64,000 bases of DNA from Candidatus Marinacidobacterales bacterium (GCA_965247365.1 CBDFHB010000002.1:2002567-2066566), one strand, 5' to 3'. Positions 31,930-41,685 are shown, counted from the stretch's first letter. Translations and numbers: made by a program. Notes: generated from the sequence alone by a model not told the origin.

Positions 31930-32130
31930 TTAGGCGTCCCGCGAGTTGTCGAGGAACGGCTTCGCCGATGAGCCAATTCCCGCGGCGCGCGAGCTCATCC
32001 ACTTCTCGACGTCGCTCTCAAGCCACGCTACCGCCGCGCGACCGATACGGCGTCGCTCAGGGAAGAGGCCGTCTCGCTCCAAACGCCAGGTCGTTACGCG
32101 CGAGAGACCTGTTTTTCTTATTACTTCGTT
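31930..32130 (-). CDS. AlpA-family HTH DNA-binding protein (phage/ICE regulator or excisionase-like), copy 2; start uncertain
   Basis: C-terminal ...EVIRKTGLSRVTTWRLERDGLFPERRRIGRAAVAWLESDVEKWM within ORF 31930..32301. No canonical ATG; a non-ATG start is likely. Confidence 0.4.
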   Translation of the reverse strand, partial: NEVIRKTGLSRVTTWRLERDGLFPERRRIGRAAVAWLESDVEKWMSSRAAGIGSSAKPFLDNSRDA

Positions 32131-32185
32131 AGATTTTGTTGCCTGCCCGGTCCTTCGCGCCGGAAGCGGGGCTTTTTTTACGAGT

Positions 32186-32401
32186 TCACACCTCCTCACG
32201 TGTGCTCCTCCTCCAGCCACCGTCGTGCGCCTTTCCGCCGCTTTTCGTCCACTCCTCCAGCTCTTCCTTCGAGAAGCGAATCCGACGTCCCAGGCGAACA
32301 CTCGGGATCAAGTTTTCCCGCGCCATTGCGTATATGTGCTGCTCAGTGGTCCTGAACAGCTGCGCGACTTCCTGAACCGTTAGGAACTCATTTTCGGACA
32401 T
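32186..32401 (-). CDS. AlpA/excisionase-family HTH DNA-binding protein, copy 1
   Basis: LTVQEVAQLFRTTEQHIYAMARENLIPSVRLGRRIRFSKEELEEW is an HTH_17/AlpA-type motif. Confidence 0.55.
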   Translation of the reverse strand: MSENEFLTVQEVAQLFRTTEQHIYAMARENLIPSVRLGRRIRFSKEELEEWTKSGGKAHDGGWRRSTREEV

Positions 32402-32485
32402 ACTGAGAGCTTCTCAACTCGCTGAGCTCAGAAAAAGGGCGGTTTCGCGACCCCTTGCGAAGTCGCCGTTTAGGAACGACGGGAA

Positions 32486-32752
32486 CTAGAGATTTGTCGG
32501 TCTCCGCCGTCGTCCCTTTTTTGACGGTGGGTCTGGGAGGTTCAAGAGTTCACGCGCGCTCTTCACCGCGTCTTCCACAGTTTTTCTCTTCGGGACTGAG
32601 TCAGGATATGCTGGACGAGTCCCTCCAAAGTACTGGAGTGCGATATCAGAAGTGCTAGTTCCGAGTTGGTGGAGTACCAACCACTCGAGGTCGCGAAATT
32701 TCATTCGAGTCGGAGCCTTCTTCCATCCCCGGCTCTGGGCCAGCTCGAGCAT
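32486..32752 (-). CDS. Small hypothetical protein, possible HTH regulator
   Basis: 88-aa ORF upstream of the AlpA genes on the same strand. Weak LuxR/sigma-region-4-like segment LEWLVLHQLGTSTSDIAL. Confidence 0.25.
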   Translation of the reverse strand: MLELAQSRGWKKAPTRMKFRDLEWLVLHQLGTSTSDIALQYFGGTRPAYPDSVPKRKTVEDAVKSARELLNLPDPPSKKGRRRRPTNL

Positions 32753-32818
32753 TTCCGAACGGTGACGTTTGAGGGCGCGTTGGAACCCGGACGTTATCCT
32801 GTCCTTCGCAGCGGATGT

Positions 32819-34174
32819 GTCCCGAGGTCCGTGGAAAAAGAACAGCGCACCTCCACTCCGTCATCAGGGTATCAGATCAGGCGGCAACCTCCGCGTGTTC
32901 GAGAACCTCGCTCAGACGTTGGTAGCCGTCGATGCGTCGTAGTTGAATCTGTCCAGAGGCGATAAGCCCAAACAGCAAAGCGACCGCGGACTCCTCGCTG
33001 GAGAACGACGCTTGGGTTTTCGTCCGGCGTCGAAACTCGCGGTTGAGATTCTCCAGAGCATTGGTCGTGCGAATCGATTTCCACATGGCACGAGGGAATT
33101 CGTAGAAGGTCAGCAGCTGATTACCGGCCTCCTCTAGGCTTCGGACGACGGCCGGCGCGAGAGGCGTCCACTTGGCGACGAGCTCGTCATAGGCTTTGCG
33201 AGCATCGATACCGTTCTTGGCGTAGACGATCCGGTTGTAGTCACGCCGGAGCTCACGGCGTGCGTGCGCCGGGCAATGTTCGAGCAAGTTGGCGCGCTTG
33301 TGCTCGGTACATCGCTGCAACCGGCACCCCGGCCACTTCTCGAGCGCTTTCGTCAGCCCCTTGTGGCCGTCGCTGATCACTAGCTTGGGAGCCCGGAGTC
33401 CTCGAGCCTGGAGTCCCTCCAGCACGGAGCCCCAATGCGTCGAGGCTTCGCTCACCGCCAGACGCAATGACAACAGACGTTTCTGCCCGTCTGGCGCGAC
33501 CCCGAGCGCGGCCAGTACGGGTACGCTGATCACACGCTTCGCCATTCGCACTTTCAGGTGGAAGCCGTCCAGGTAAACGATCGCGTAGACCTCCTCGCTG
33601 AGATCACGGTTCTGCCATTCTTCGAAGCGCTCCTTCAGCCGGCTAACCACGCGAGACACCGCGCTCTTCGATAGGTGCTCCTCACCGAGCAGTGGTTTCA
33701 GCGCTTTGCGGATCCGGCGGCTATTCGCGCCCGACAAGTACGTCCCCAAGATCGCTTCGTCGACCTCACGAGTCCGGCGCGCGTACCGGGGCAACAGCTC
33801 GCTCCTGAACTCTGTCGTCTCTCCCGTTTCCTCGTCTCGCACGCGGGCTCGTGGCACCCGGAGCTCGCGAGTTCCCACCGCCGTCGTCACGCGACGGGTT
33901 TCGGCTCCGTTGCGATATCCACGGCGGTCTTCCGCACGCTCGTAGCTACGACACCCCAGCGCTTGGTCGACTTCTTCCTCGAGCACGACCTCGATCGCCT
34001 CCAGTACCCGCTTACGCAGACGAAGTTGGACGAACTCCCGGTACTCGCTTACAGACTCCTTCGATATGGTGGTAGGCTTCTTCATGGCGTAATCCTCCTC
34101 CTCGCCTTTCCAGGCGCGGTTTGGTTTTGCTTAACCGGAGGTTACGCCATTCTTATTTCCACGGGAAGCGGGAC
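32819..34174 (-). mobile_element. Intact IS256-family insertion sequence (~1356 bp)
   Basis: Terminal inverted repeats GTCCCGAGGTCCGTGGAAAAAGAAC (32819..) and GTCCCGCTTCCCGTGGAAATAAGAAT (reverse complement at 34174). Encodes the full 402-aa transposase. Confidence 0.75.
32877..34085 (-). CDS. IS256-family (mutator-type) transposase
   Basis: 402 aa. VYLDGFHLKV..., SDGHKGL..., CTEHKRANLL... are IS256 DDE-region signatures. Confidence 0.8.
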   Translation of the reverse strand: MKKPTTISKESVSEYREFVQLRLRKRVLEAIEVVLEEEVDQALGCRSYERAEDRRGYRNGAETRRVTTAVGTRELRVPRARVRDEETGETTEFRSELLPRYARRTREVDEAILGTYLSGANSRRIRKALKPLLGEEHLSKSAVSRVVSRLKERFEEWQNRDLSEEVYAIVYLDGFHLKVRMAKRVISVPVLAALGVAPDGQKRLLSLRLAVSEASTHWGSVLEGLQARGLRAPKLVISDGHKGLTKALEKWPGCRLQRCTEHKRANLLEHCPAHARRELRRDYNRIVYAKNGIDARKAYDELVAKWTPLAPAVVRSLEEAGNQLLTFYEFPRAMWKSIRTTNALENLNREFRRRTKTQASFSSEESAVALLFGLIASGQIQLRRIDGYQRLSEVLEHAEVAA

Positions 34175-35020
34175 GGATCCCTGATTCTCGTGAACCCAGA
34201 TACGGTGATTCGGTGGCACCGGGCTGGCTTTCGGGCGTTCTGGCGTTGGAAGTCACGGTCGCGAGGCCGACCGACAACCAGTACGGAAATTCGCGACCTG
34301 GTTCGTCGGATGGCCAGGGAGAACGAATTGTGGGGCGCTCCTCGGATCCACGCCGAGCTCTTGAAGCTGGGATTTATCGTGTCTGAGCGCACGGTATCCC
34401 GTTACATGCCAAAACGGCTATCCGAACCTGACGCGATCGAACGTTGGAAGACCTTCCTGCGCAATCATCGAGAGCTCATCGCAGCCATGGATTTCTTCAC
34501 CGTGCCTACCGTCACCTTCGATGTACTCTATGTGCTTTTTGTCATTCATCACGCCAGGCGCCTTATCCTCCACTTCAACGTCACGACGAATCCCGGCGCG
34601 GACTGGGTGATGCAACAGCTACGGGAAGCCTTTCCTTACGACACCGCTCCCCGTTTCCTAATCTTCGACCGCGACGCGAAGTTCTCCCGCGCGGTGGTAG
34701 CAACCATCACAGCCGTGGGTACCGAACCGTCACAAAGTGCCTTCCGCAGTCCATGGCAGAACGGAGTCGCGGAGCGATGGGTCGGCTCGGTCCGCCGCGA
34801 GCTCCTCGAGCATGTCGTCATTCCGAACGAGCGCCATCTGCTTCGACTTCTACGTGATTACGTAAGTTACTACCACGCGGATCGAACGCACCTTGGGCTC
34901 GGAAAGGATACTCCCTCGAGCCGTGTGGCGACTCCCAAGCCGTGTAACCGAACGACAGTCGGTTCATTGCCTCGGGTTGGTGGACTTCATCACCGCTACG
35001 AGTGGCGAGCGGCAGCCTGA
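34175..35020 (+). pseudogene. IS481-like (integrase-core/rve) transposase gene, 5'-truncated by the IS256 insertion
   Basis: The listed ORF 34121..35020 begins inside the IS256 end. Host part begins ...LVNPDTVIRWHRAGF..., then the rve core (DFFTVPT...FLIFDRDAKF...HADRTHLGLG). No N-terminal HTH. Confidence 0.6.
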
Positions 35021-35121
35021 TTACCCGAACAAAAAATCACGCGTTGGAAAAGCTCCCTGACCGATCGCAACAAGCTTCCGTCACATAGGTCTAATGCGCC
35101 GGCCTCGGCGGTCGCCACGAT

Positions 35122-35385
35122 TTGCTGCTTGGCGAACCGGCTTCAAACGATGTGAACGGCTGTTGCCCATTCACCCCGAAGTGTGAGCGTTGCGGGCATG
35201 AGGCCGCTGAAAACTTCGGAAGCTCCTTTAACGGAGAGCAAATTTGTCAGGTCTGTCGCTATGAAGAAGAACACCATCCGCTTTTCGAAGAAGCGCGACG
35301 ACGCGAAATCGAAGAGTTGAATCGCGGGAATTTCGACTTCGAGGGGATCGGCCTCCCTCCCGAGCTTCGGGTGAAGGACGACTAG
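35122..35385 (+). CDS. Small Cys-rich (zinc-ribbon-like) hypothetical protein
   Basis: CCPFTPKCERCGHEA...CQVCRYEEE gives two CxxC pairs. Confidence 0.35.
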   Translation: MLLGEPASNDVNGCCPFTPKCERCGHEAAENFGSSFNGEQICQVCRYEEEHHPLFEEARRREIEELNRGNFDFEGIGLPPELRVKDD

Positions 35386-35871
35386 GGACGTGTTGATGAA
35401 GACGGATCGGGTTGGAGCGGCCCTTCGGACTATCTCGAGCGGCTCGATGGTCTTCTGGTCGTTCGCGGACAGGACGCAGAACACGTAGGCATCCGATTGC
35501 CGCCGCTGGGTCGTCTCAAACTCATCGCTCCCGGCCTGTGGTTCGCCAAAAGTGGATCGACGCCGATCCTGGGGCTCGACCACAAGCCATCCCTGGCAGC
35601 CGCAACGATTAGAACAACCGTTGCGAGAAGATATGCCCGTTTCGACAGCGTCACATCACCTCGCGCCGAAGTCGCACTACGGACTCACGCCGCCCGCTCG
35701 CTCAAAACCGAGACGCCCATTCTTGGGCTCATAGTACCAGCTTCTCGGTCTGGCGGCCTTTACGCCGAAGGGTCTGAGCCGTCTGACTTTGCCCGTCTTG
35801 CTGGGGGTTGTGGTCGGTTCTGGTCGCTTCCGCCTTCGCGGAGGCTCATAAGGGAAAGGAAACAAACCAAA

Positions 35872-35956
35872 ACCGACCAGAAGCGACCAGCAGAGACCAC
35901 GTGCGCAAGCCCTGAAAATCCTTGCGTCGCCAATTCAATTCTGGCCGCCGGCACCA
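35872..35956 (+). repeat. Interspersed repeat family copy A (~85 bp), ending in a tRNA-like T-arm plus ACCA
   Basis: ...CGACCAGCAGAGACCACGTGCGCAAGCCCTGAAAATCCTTGCGTCGCCAATTCAATTCTGGCCGCCGGCACCA. Copy B at 41601..41685 is ~85% identical. Confidence 0.5.
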
Positions 35957-36160
35957 CCAAGATCCAACCCGGCTCAACACTTTCCAAGCGTTGGCGTTTT
36001 TCGGTCCGGACACGAAACGTCGGTTCACTTTGCCCCTTCGTCAGTCGGCACTGAGACGGCGCTGACGGCACCTAGGATAAGGTGTCTGAGTCCAGGGAGG
36101 CACGCCATTCTCGACGTAGGAATCATCCTTGCGTATTTCGCCATTATCCTGGGGATAGGT

Positions 36161-37663
36161 TTGTTCTCTCGGGTGTCCAAGGACGTGACCGCCGAGGAAT
36201 ACTTCCTCAGTTCGCGTTCTCTGCGGTGGCCGACCATCGCAATGTCGACCATCGCAACCAACATTCAGGCCGGCCATTTCATGGGCATGGCGGGCAGCGC
36301 GTATATCTACGGCCTGGCCCAAGCCAATCTCGAAATCAATGCGATCTTTGGCATCGTCATCTGCGTCTTCTTCTTTGTGCCTCTTTTCATCCGAATGCGG
36401 GCGGTCACCATAACTCAGTTCTTTGAGAGCAAGTTCGGGCCGGGTGTGGCCCTGGCCTACTCAACTCTCATGATCGCTCTGTATGGCATCCTCATGCTCG
36501 GCGGTGCTCTCTACTGGGCGGCTTACGCGGTCGAGACGTTGTTCGTCGGTCAGGTAGGTGTGCTTGGCGGCGACGTGCGCCTACGGCTGTTGATCATCAT
36601 CATCGCCCTCGGGATGTTTTCGGCGTTTTATACATATCTCGGGGGTTTGACCGCAGTCGTTCGCACGGATGTAGCGCAGCTGGTGCTGCTCCTTGTGGGA
36701 GGCGTCATCACCGTGGTCCTGGCAATCCAGCACCTCGGCGGTTGGGATCAACTCTGGGAGAAGACGCCCGATCTCATGCACCTGCATTTACCCGCGAACC
36801 ACGACACATTGCCTTGGACCGCCATCATTGGCATGAACCTGCTCAACCTCAACTACTGGGGGGCCAATCAGGTGATCCTGCAGCGCGCCCTGGCGGCGAA
36901 GGACAAGCGGCATGCGCAGCTAGGGCTTCTCGTCGGTGGGGTCATGAAATATGTCATGGCCATCATCGTGATCGTTCCTGGGATTGCACTAGCGGGCATG
37001 CTGCTGGATCAACCCCTGAAAGATCCCGATGCGGCCTATGCAACTCTGGTCAACATGTTGCTCCCTCCGGGTCTCCGAGGCTTGATCCTATGCGGCCTGT
37101 TCGCATCCCTGATGAGCACCGTCGACTCCATTTTTAACTCCATTTCGACCATGTGGTCCATCGATATTTATAAACGTCATCTGCGTCCCGATGCGTCTGA
37201 CGCCGATATCGTTCGCGCGGGCAAACGGGCCATCATTGCCACGCTGATCACGGGGGTGGGCTTCGCCTTTGTCATGGTGCTGGTCAAATACAGCAATCCC
37301 GACACAGCATTCACCCACTGGTTCAACCAAGCGACGTACTTCATCAAGAATGGGTTCGTGCTGCTGATTCTCTCCGCCGCATTCCTCTACCAACCGAGTC
37401 GACGTCTGGTATTGGCCGGTTTGCTGGCCTCTGTACCCCTGACAGCGCTGTTCACCTGGGGCTTCGCAGACATGAACTACTTCGTTAGCTCTGGCTGGGT
37501 TATTCTTCTGAGCTTCGGCGTTGTCGCGTTGCCTGCCGCGATTGCCTCGCGCGGCAAGCGCTTGGTACCCGAGGGCCTGATCGACCTGTCCGACCGCACC
37601 GTGAACCGCTTTGGAGCGATTCTATTGGGGTCCTTGGTACTCGTACACATCGTTCTGTCGTAA
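36161..37663 (+). CDS. Sodium:solute symporter (SSS family) transporter; true start probably ~50-75 nt upstream (non-ATG)
   Basis: Multi-TM. ...EEYFLSSRSLRWPTIAMSTIATNIQAGHFMGMAG is the SSS N-terminal signature. The frame stays open upstream through AILDVGIILAYFAIILGIG, which belongs to TM1. Confidence 0.75.
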   Translation: MFSRVSKDVTAEEYFLSSRSLRWPTIAMSTIATNIQAGHFMGMAGSAYIYGLAQANLEINAIFGIVICVFFFVPLFIRMRAVTITQFFESKFGPGVALAYSTLMIALYGILMLGGALYWAAYAVETLFVGQVGVLGGDVRLRLLIIIIALGMFSAFYTYLGGLTAVVRTDVAQLVLLLVGGVITVVLAIQHLGGWDQLWEKTPDLMHLHLPANHDTLPWTAIIGMNLLNLNYWGANQVILQRALAAKDKRHAQLGLLVGGVMKYVMAIIVIVPGIALAGMLLDQPLKDPDAAYATLVNMLLPPGLRGLILCGLFASLMSTVDSIFNSISTMWSIDIYKRHLRPDASDADIVRAGKRAIIATLITGVGFAFVMVLVKYSNPDTAFTHWFNQATYFIKNGFVLLILSAAFLYQPSRRLVLAGLLASVPLTALFTWGFADMNYFVSSGWVILLSFGVVALPAAIASRGKRLVPEGLIDLSDRTVNRFGAILLGSLVLVHIVLS

Positions 37664-37796
37664 TCACTCCCCTTGACAGAGATAGGAGATAGAGATTCCT
37701 CTCACGGGTGGTGCGGGCGGCGGTGCAGGCGATGTGGGAAAACCGGGGCGATTCAGGCTAATCACTGGTATTGGCCTCTTCCGGTGCCTGCACCGA

Positions 37797-39308
37797 CTAA
37801 TAAGGATTCGACGGCATCATGTCCCACGCCTCAAGTTTAGGAATCTTCACAGAACCGCCTTTTGAAAAAACAACTACATTGACACTGTCTTTCCTCGTGG
37901 GATAAATACGACGTATCACAGCCTGGCGATTGTTTGCAAAAACTTCCACAACGGATTTATCCACAAACACTCTCAGCCTCAGTGTCTCACGCCGCTTGAG
38001 TTCCAGCGGGCCTGCCTCGACGGACTTCGGACCCTCGCCAAGACTGGACTTCTTGGTATCGATCTTGAGCTTCATATCGTTCGTATCGAAATAGACAAGC
38101 GTCTCTTCCTGGCCATCAGGCGAAGCAGACACCTTGACTCCGAACTGCTGCGCACCTTCGGGCACCATCTCTATCGAAATCTCAATGCTGTTACCGCGAA
38201 TATCGTTTAATGGCAACTCGGAATCGGCTTTGACAGTAAGATTCTTCATCTTTTTCGGATTGTATCGCAGCATTTTGAGTTCTTCAGGCGGAGACATCCG
38301 AAGGGTGTCGTCTTTTGCTAGCCAAAGCACCCGCGGCAGACTCATGGTTCCCCGCCAGCCGCTTTCGATGTGTATTTCCTTGCTTCTGGTGTCGCGTATC
38401 CAGGCAAACATAATCCGGCGGCCCTTGTCGTCCAGCAAACTCTCGGGAGAGAAAAACGCATTGTCAACCCAGCTCATTTGCTCGTGGAATTCAGGATAGA
38501 ACTGCTCGTTCTTCCATTCGCCTAGGTAATAACGAACGCCAAGCCTGTGACTGATACCCAGAAGCATGTGCTTATTGCCTAGCTTGAAAAAATCGGCGCA
38601 GGATACGTCTTCGTCAATGCTCACATCGCCGACAGTGTGTGCAAATAAGTCACCAACATACTTCCACGGTCCTTCCAGGCTTTTGGACTTGACGATTGCG
38701 GGCCTTTTCCCGCCGAAGATAGCGTAGTAGGTGTCCCCCTCAAGCCAGCCGTAAGGATCCCATGAACCGTACTTGCCATGATGAGGGTCGCCCTGGGCGG
38801 TTTTCGGAGTAATGGGGTTTGAATCTAGCTTCTTCCAGGTGTCCAGATTGTCATCTAGCGCAACTGCCATAGCATTGCCTGACATAGCATTGCCCTGTTG
38901 AGCGAAGTCTCGGTCCAAATTCGTCTCGTGGTAGCACATGGTCGGCACGCCGTCTTTATTGAGAAAACAGTTTCCGCTGAACATACCAGTCACCAGTCCC
39001 GTCGGGTGATGACGCCAGTGCATCAGGTCTATACTCGAAGCATGTCCCCAGTTGTGACCCCGGTAGTCCTGGAAAATATAGAAAATATGGTATCTGCCTT
39101 TCCAGAAGATTGCGCCGTTAGGATCAAAAGGCGAAGCTCGCCCCTCGAGTATGGCGAAATGATACCCTGGCCGATGCGGATCAACGAGCAGCTTCTCCCT
39201 TAGAGCACGCACTTGCTCATTGAGACTCTCCTGCGCCGCCAACGGGCGAGAAGCGGCGGCCAAGCCCGCGGCACTGGATGCCAGGAACGCTCTTCGGTCG
39301 AGTTTCAT
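37797..39308 (-). CDS. Tat-secreted glycoside hydrolase family 32-like (beta-fructofuranosidase/levanase-like)
   Basis: Tat motif RRAFLASSAAGLAAA. HFAIL...FDPNGAIFWKGRYHIFY...WGHASSIDLMHW parallels the GH32 WMNDPNG / YHLFYQ / WGHA blocks. Later FSG..., RDP-like and EC-like segments are also present. Confidence 0.65.
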   Translation of the reverse strand: MKLDRRAFLASSAAGLAAASRPLAAQESLNEQVRALREKLLVDPHRPGYHFAILEGRASPFDPNGAIFWKGRYHIFYIFQDYRGHNWGHASSIDLMHWRHHPTGLVTGMFSGNCFLNKDGVPTMCYHETNLDRDFAQQGNAMSGNAMAVALDDNLDTWKKLDSNPITPKTAQGDPHHGKYGSWDPYGWLEGDTYYAIFGGKRPAIVKSKSLEGPWKYVGDLFAHTVGDVSIDEDVSCADFFKLGNKHMLLGISHRLGVRYYLGEWKNEQFYPEFHEQMSWVDNAFFSPESLLDDKGRRIMFAWIRDTRSKEIHIESGWRGTMSLPRVLWLAKDDTLRMSPPEELKMLRYNPKKMKNLTVKADSELPLNDIRGNSIEISIEMVPEGAQQFGVKVSASPDGQEETLVYFDTNDMKLKIDTKKSSLGEGPKSVEAGPLELKRRETLRLRVFVDKSVVEVFANNRQAVIRRIYPTRKDSVNVVVFSKGGSVKIPKLEAWDMMPSNPY

Positions 39309-39521
39309 GATCTTGCCTCCAAAGACTTCACCATTCTAAGCGCACGCTGCCCGGATAGGTACTCGCCTACCCCGTCGCGGAGACGAAATCCGTGGCGCGT
39401 GAAAAACTGTTGCGCCCTCGAGTTCCCTTCGGCGACCACGAGCCACACTTCGCGCGCCGGTGTCTAGCTTAAGAAGAGCCAAACCCACCAAACCTTCCTA
39501 GAGAGTTCTTGGCACCTTCTT

Positions 39522-39740
39522 TTGAGGCGCTACAGGGAGGTAGCCCAACTTATGAAGAAGACAGAACGACAGCGACTGGCGAATTGGCGGGTGAACATCA
39601 TTCGCTACGCAGCCGAAACAACTCAGAATGTCTCAAGAACCTGTAGATATTTCGGGATCTCGCGGAAGACTTTCTACAAATGGCTTTCTGGGTACGAGGC
39701 CCATGGTGAGGCTCGCCTCAAAAACGCAGGCCTGCGCTGA
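39522..39740 (+). pseudogene. Orphan N-terminal HTH fragment of an IS481/IS3-type transposase
   Basis: TCRYFGISRKTFYKWLSGYEAHGEARLKN is a typical transposase HTH. The ORF stops after 72 aa and overlaps the convergent OMP gene. Confidence 0.4.
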
Positions 39741-40320
39741 AGGTGAGCTTCAGGTTGCCTCCCCAGAAGGCGTCCTCGGCGACCGCCTCGCGATCTCGAG
39801 TCATCGCGGGGCCGGGATAGCGTAGCAGCAGGCTGGACACGTCGATCCGCACGAGCGTTCGCTCCGTCGGATAGAGCTCGACCCCACCTCCGAGATCCAG
39901 CGCCAGCACGGTTTCGCCCCTCGCGAGGACGCAGTTGAGCGGCGGAGGAAAGATCGCGATACAGGCAATCGGCTCGGGGGCACTCGAGAAACGGACGAAG
40001 CCCGGACGGGCCTTCCCAAAGACCGAAAAGCGGTCGTAGCGAGGACCGATCTTGACCCCGAAAAGGCCCTCGAGGCGAGACTCCGTAACGGGAACCCCCT
40101 CGGGAATGTTGGATGGATAGAAGCTCATCTCGGCTTCAATCGCAAAGAGCGGCGTGGCCTGGAAGCCGATTCGCCCTCCGAAGCCGAGATCGGTGGAGTC
40201 GAGCTCGTGTTGGAACGTCGTTGCGAGAATCGCCGCGACGTCGAGGCGGTTTTCCTGGGAACGGACCTCGCTCGCGAAAAGAAACAGTAGGCCTGCGACA
40301 ACCGTGATGATGTTTTTCAT
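39718..40320 (-). CDS. Outer-membrane beta-barrel protein (OMP_b-brl family)
   Basis: Signal peptide MKNIITVVAGLLFLFASEVRSQ, alternating hydrophobic strands, C-terminal ...LKLTFSAGLRF. Confidence 0.6.
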   Translation of the reverse strand: MKNIITVVAGLLFLFASEVRSQENRLDVAAILATTFQHELDSTDLGFGGRIGFQATPLFAIEAEMSFYPSNIPEGVPVTESRLEGLFGVKIGPRYDRFSVFGKARPGFVRFSSAPEPIACIAIFPPPLNCVLARGETVLALDLGGGVELYPTERTLVRIDVSSLLLRYPGPAMTRDREAVAEDAFWGGNLKLTFSAGLRF

Positions 40321-40730
40321 GGTGGTAGCTCCAACGGTTGCTTACATTCTAGACATTCGGAGCTGATCGAGCAAGACGTCGTGTCGTTAGCGAGAACTGC
40401 GAATTCAATCCAGCGATATCACCGGACGGATTTTTCGTGATGCCGACGCGCTGCAGTGCGGAGGACACGAACAGGCGAGCCTTGAGGCATGTCTTGAAAT
40501 TGACTAACTTTTCTCCTGGCAGTATTCTTGCCCGGTGAAGACGGGTTTCTGCACGATCTGTCGGTCTGCAAAATGACAGGACTCTACAGACAAGAATGAG
40601 AGAACCTAACGGAAATCTTGGTACGGTATTGGCTTCTGGGCCATTTCGCCGTGGCTTGGAGGTGCGCTTCCAGCGCGCTCATGCGGGCGCGCGGAATCTC
40701 CAGCGGGCGGAGCTGTGGCGTTCTGTGCGG

Positions 40731-41600
40731 ATGAAGGCGGTGGGCCTAGCCGTCGCGGGTCTTTCCCTCGTGCTTCTGCAGGGCTGTGGGGGGGGGACCA
40801 CTGCGCGCACCGGAGAGCCCGGCGAGACCACAACTTCGGCGAACGCCGCGTCGGGAACAACCGCCCCGACGACTCCGGCACCGGGTGCTGAGCTGACTAT
40901 CATCATCGATGCAAGCGCACCAGCAGCGTGGGTGGAGGAGTTCAACGGTGTGATGGAAAACTTGAAGCCCCTGCTAGCCCCAAGTCGTCCGAAGCCTCTG
41001 ACGATCCGAGCTTGGCTCGACACGGTTGCGCCTCCAGCAGGTTTCCAGAACGGGCAGTATCTAACAAGCAAAGATGGCGAGTTGGTTCTCGCACTAGAGA
41101 TCAGTTCGTTTGAAATTGAGCATCAGCATGATCACCGCCTGTCAGTTATAGCCCACGAATATTTCCACTGGTATCAGCACTCGCTTCACTCAGGGGATGG
41201 GTTTAGCTTCGAGTGTAAATGGATGATCGAAGGAGCGGCCGCGGCATTTGAATCGATGTACCTTGCTCAATATAACGATATCAATACTTACTTTGAGGAT
41301 GCTCAGCTGCAACATATTCCGTCTGGAGATCCCAACCCTGCTGAGTATGAACTTTACAGCACCTCGGAGACGAATTACGGATATTCGGTATACATGATGC
41401 TCATTCTTGCCCAACACACCTCATTTCAGAAAATCTTTGTAGATTTCTGGGAACAGACGCCTCAAAGTGCGAATTGGAAGAATATATTCTCGGACACCTT
41501 CGGCATGTCTGTCGATGCCTTTTACGACATTGTGAGAACAAAGCCAGACAAGAGTAGTCTTATTCCCTCTCAAGGCACACTGCTCACCGTTCAGTTCTGA
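40731..41600 (+). CDS. Lipoprotein with an HExxH zinc-metallopeptidase motif
   Basis: Lipobox LVLLQGC. T/A/P-rich linker. VIAHEYFHWYQH (HExxH) plus a downstream Glu. Confidence 0.5.
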   Translation: MKAVGLAVAGLSLVLLQGCGGGTTARTGEPGETTTSANAASGTTAPTTPAPGAELTIIIDASAPAAWVEEFNGVMENLKPLLAPSRPKPLTIRAWLDTVAPPAGFQNGQYLTSKDGELVLALEISSFEIEHQHDHRLSVIAHEYFHWYQHSLHSGDGFSFECKWMIEGAAAAFESMYLAQYNDINTYFEDAQLQHIPSGDPNPAEYELYSTSETNYGYSVYMMLILAQHTSFQKIFVDFWEQTPQSANWKNIFSDTFGMSVDAFYDIVRTKPDKSSLIPSQGTLLTVQF

Positions 41601-41685
41601 CCGACCAAAATCGACCAGCAGCGACCACATGCGCGAGCCCTGAAAATCCTTGCGTCGCCAGTTCAATTCTGGCCTCTGGCACCAC
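41601..41685 (+). repeat. Interspersed repeat family copy B (perfect T-arm GCCAG-TTCAATT-CTGGC, then CTCTGGC-A-CCA)
   Basis: Shares ...CCGACCA..CGACCAGCAGCGACCAC.TGCGCGAGCCCTGAAAATCCTTGCGTCGCCAGTTCAATTCTGGCC with copy A. Confidence 0.5.
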
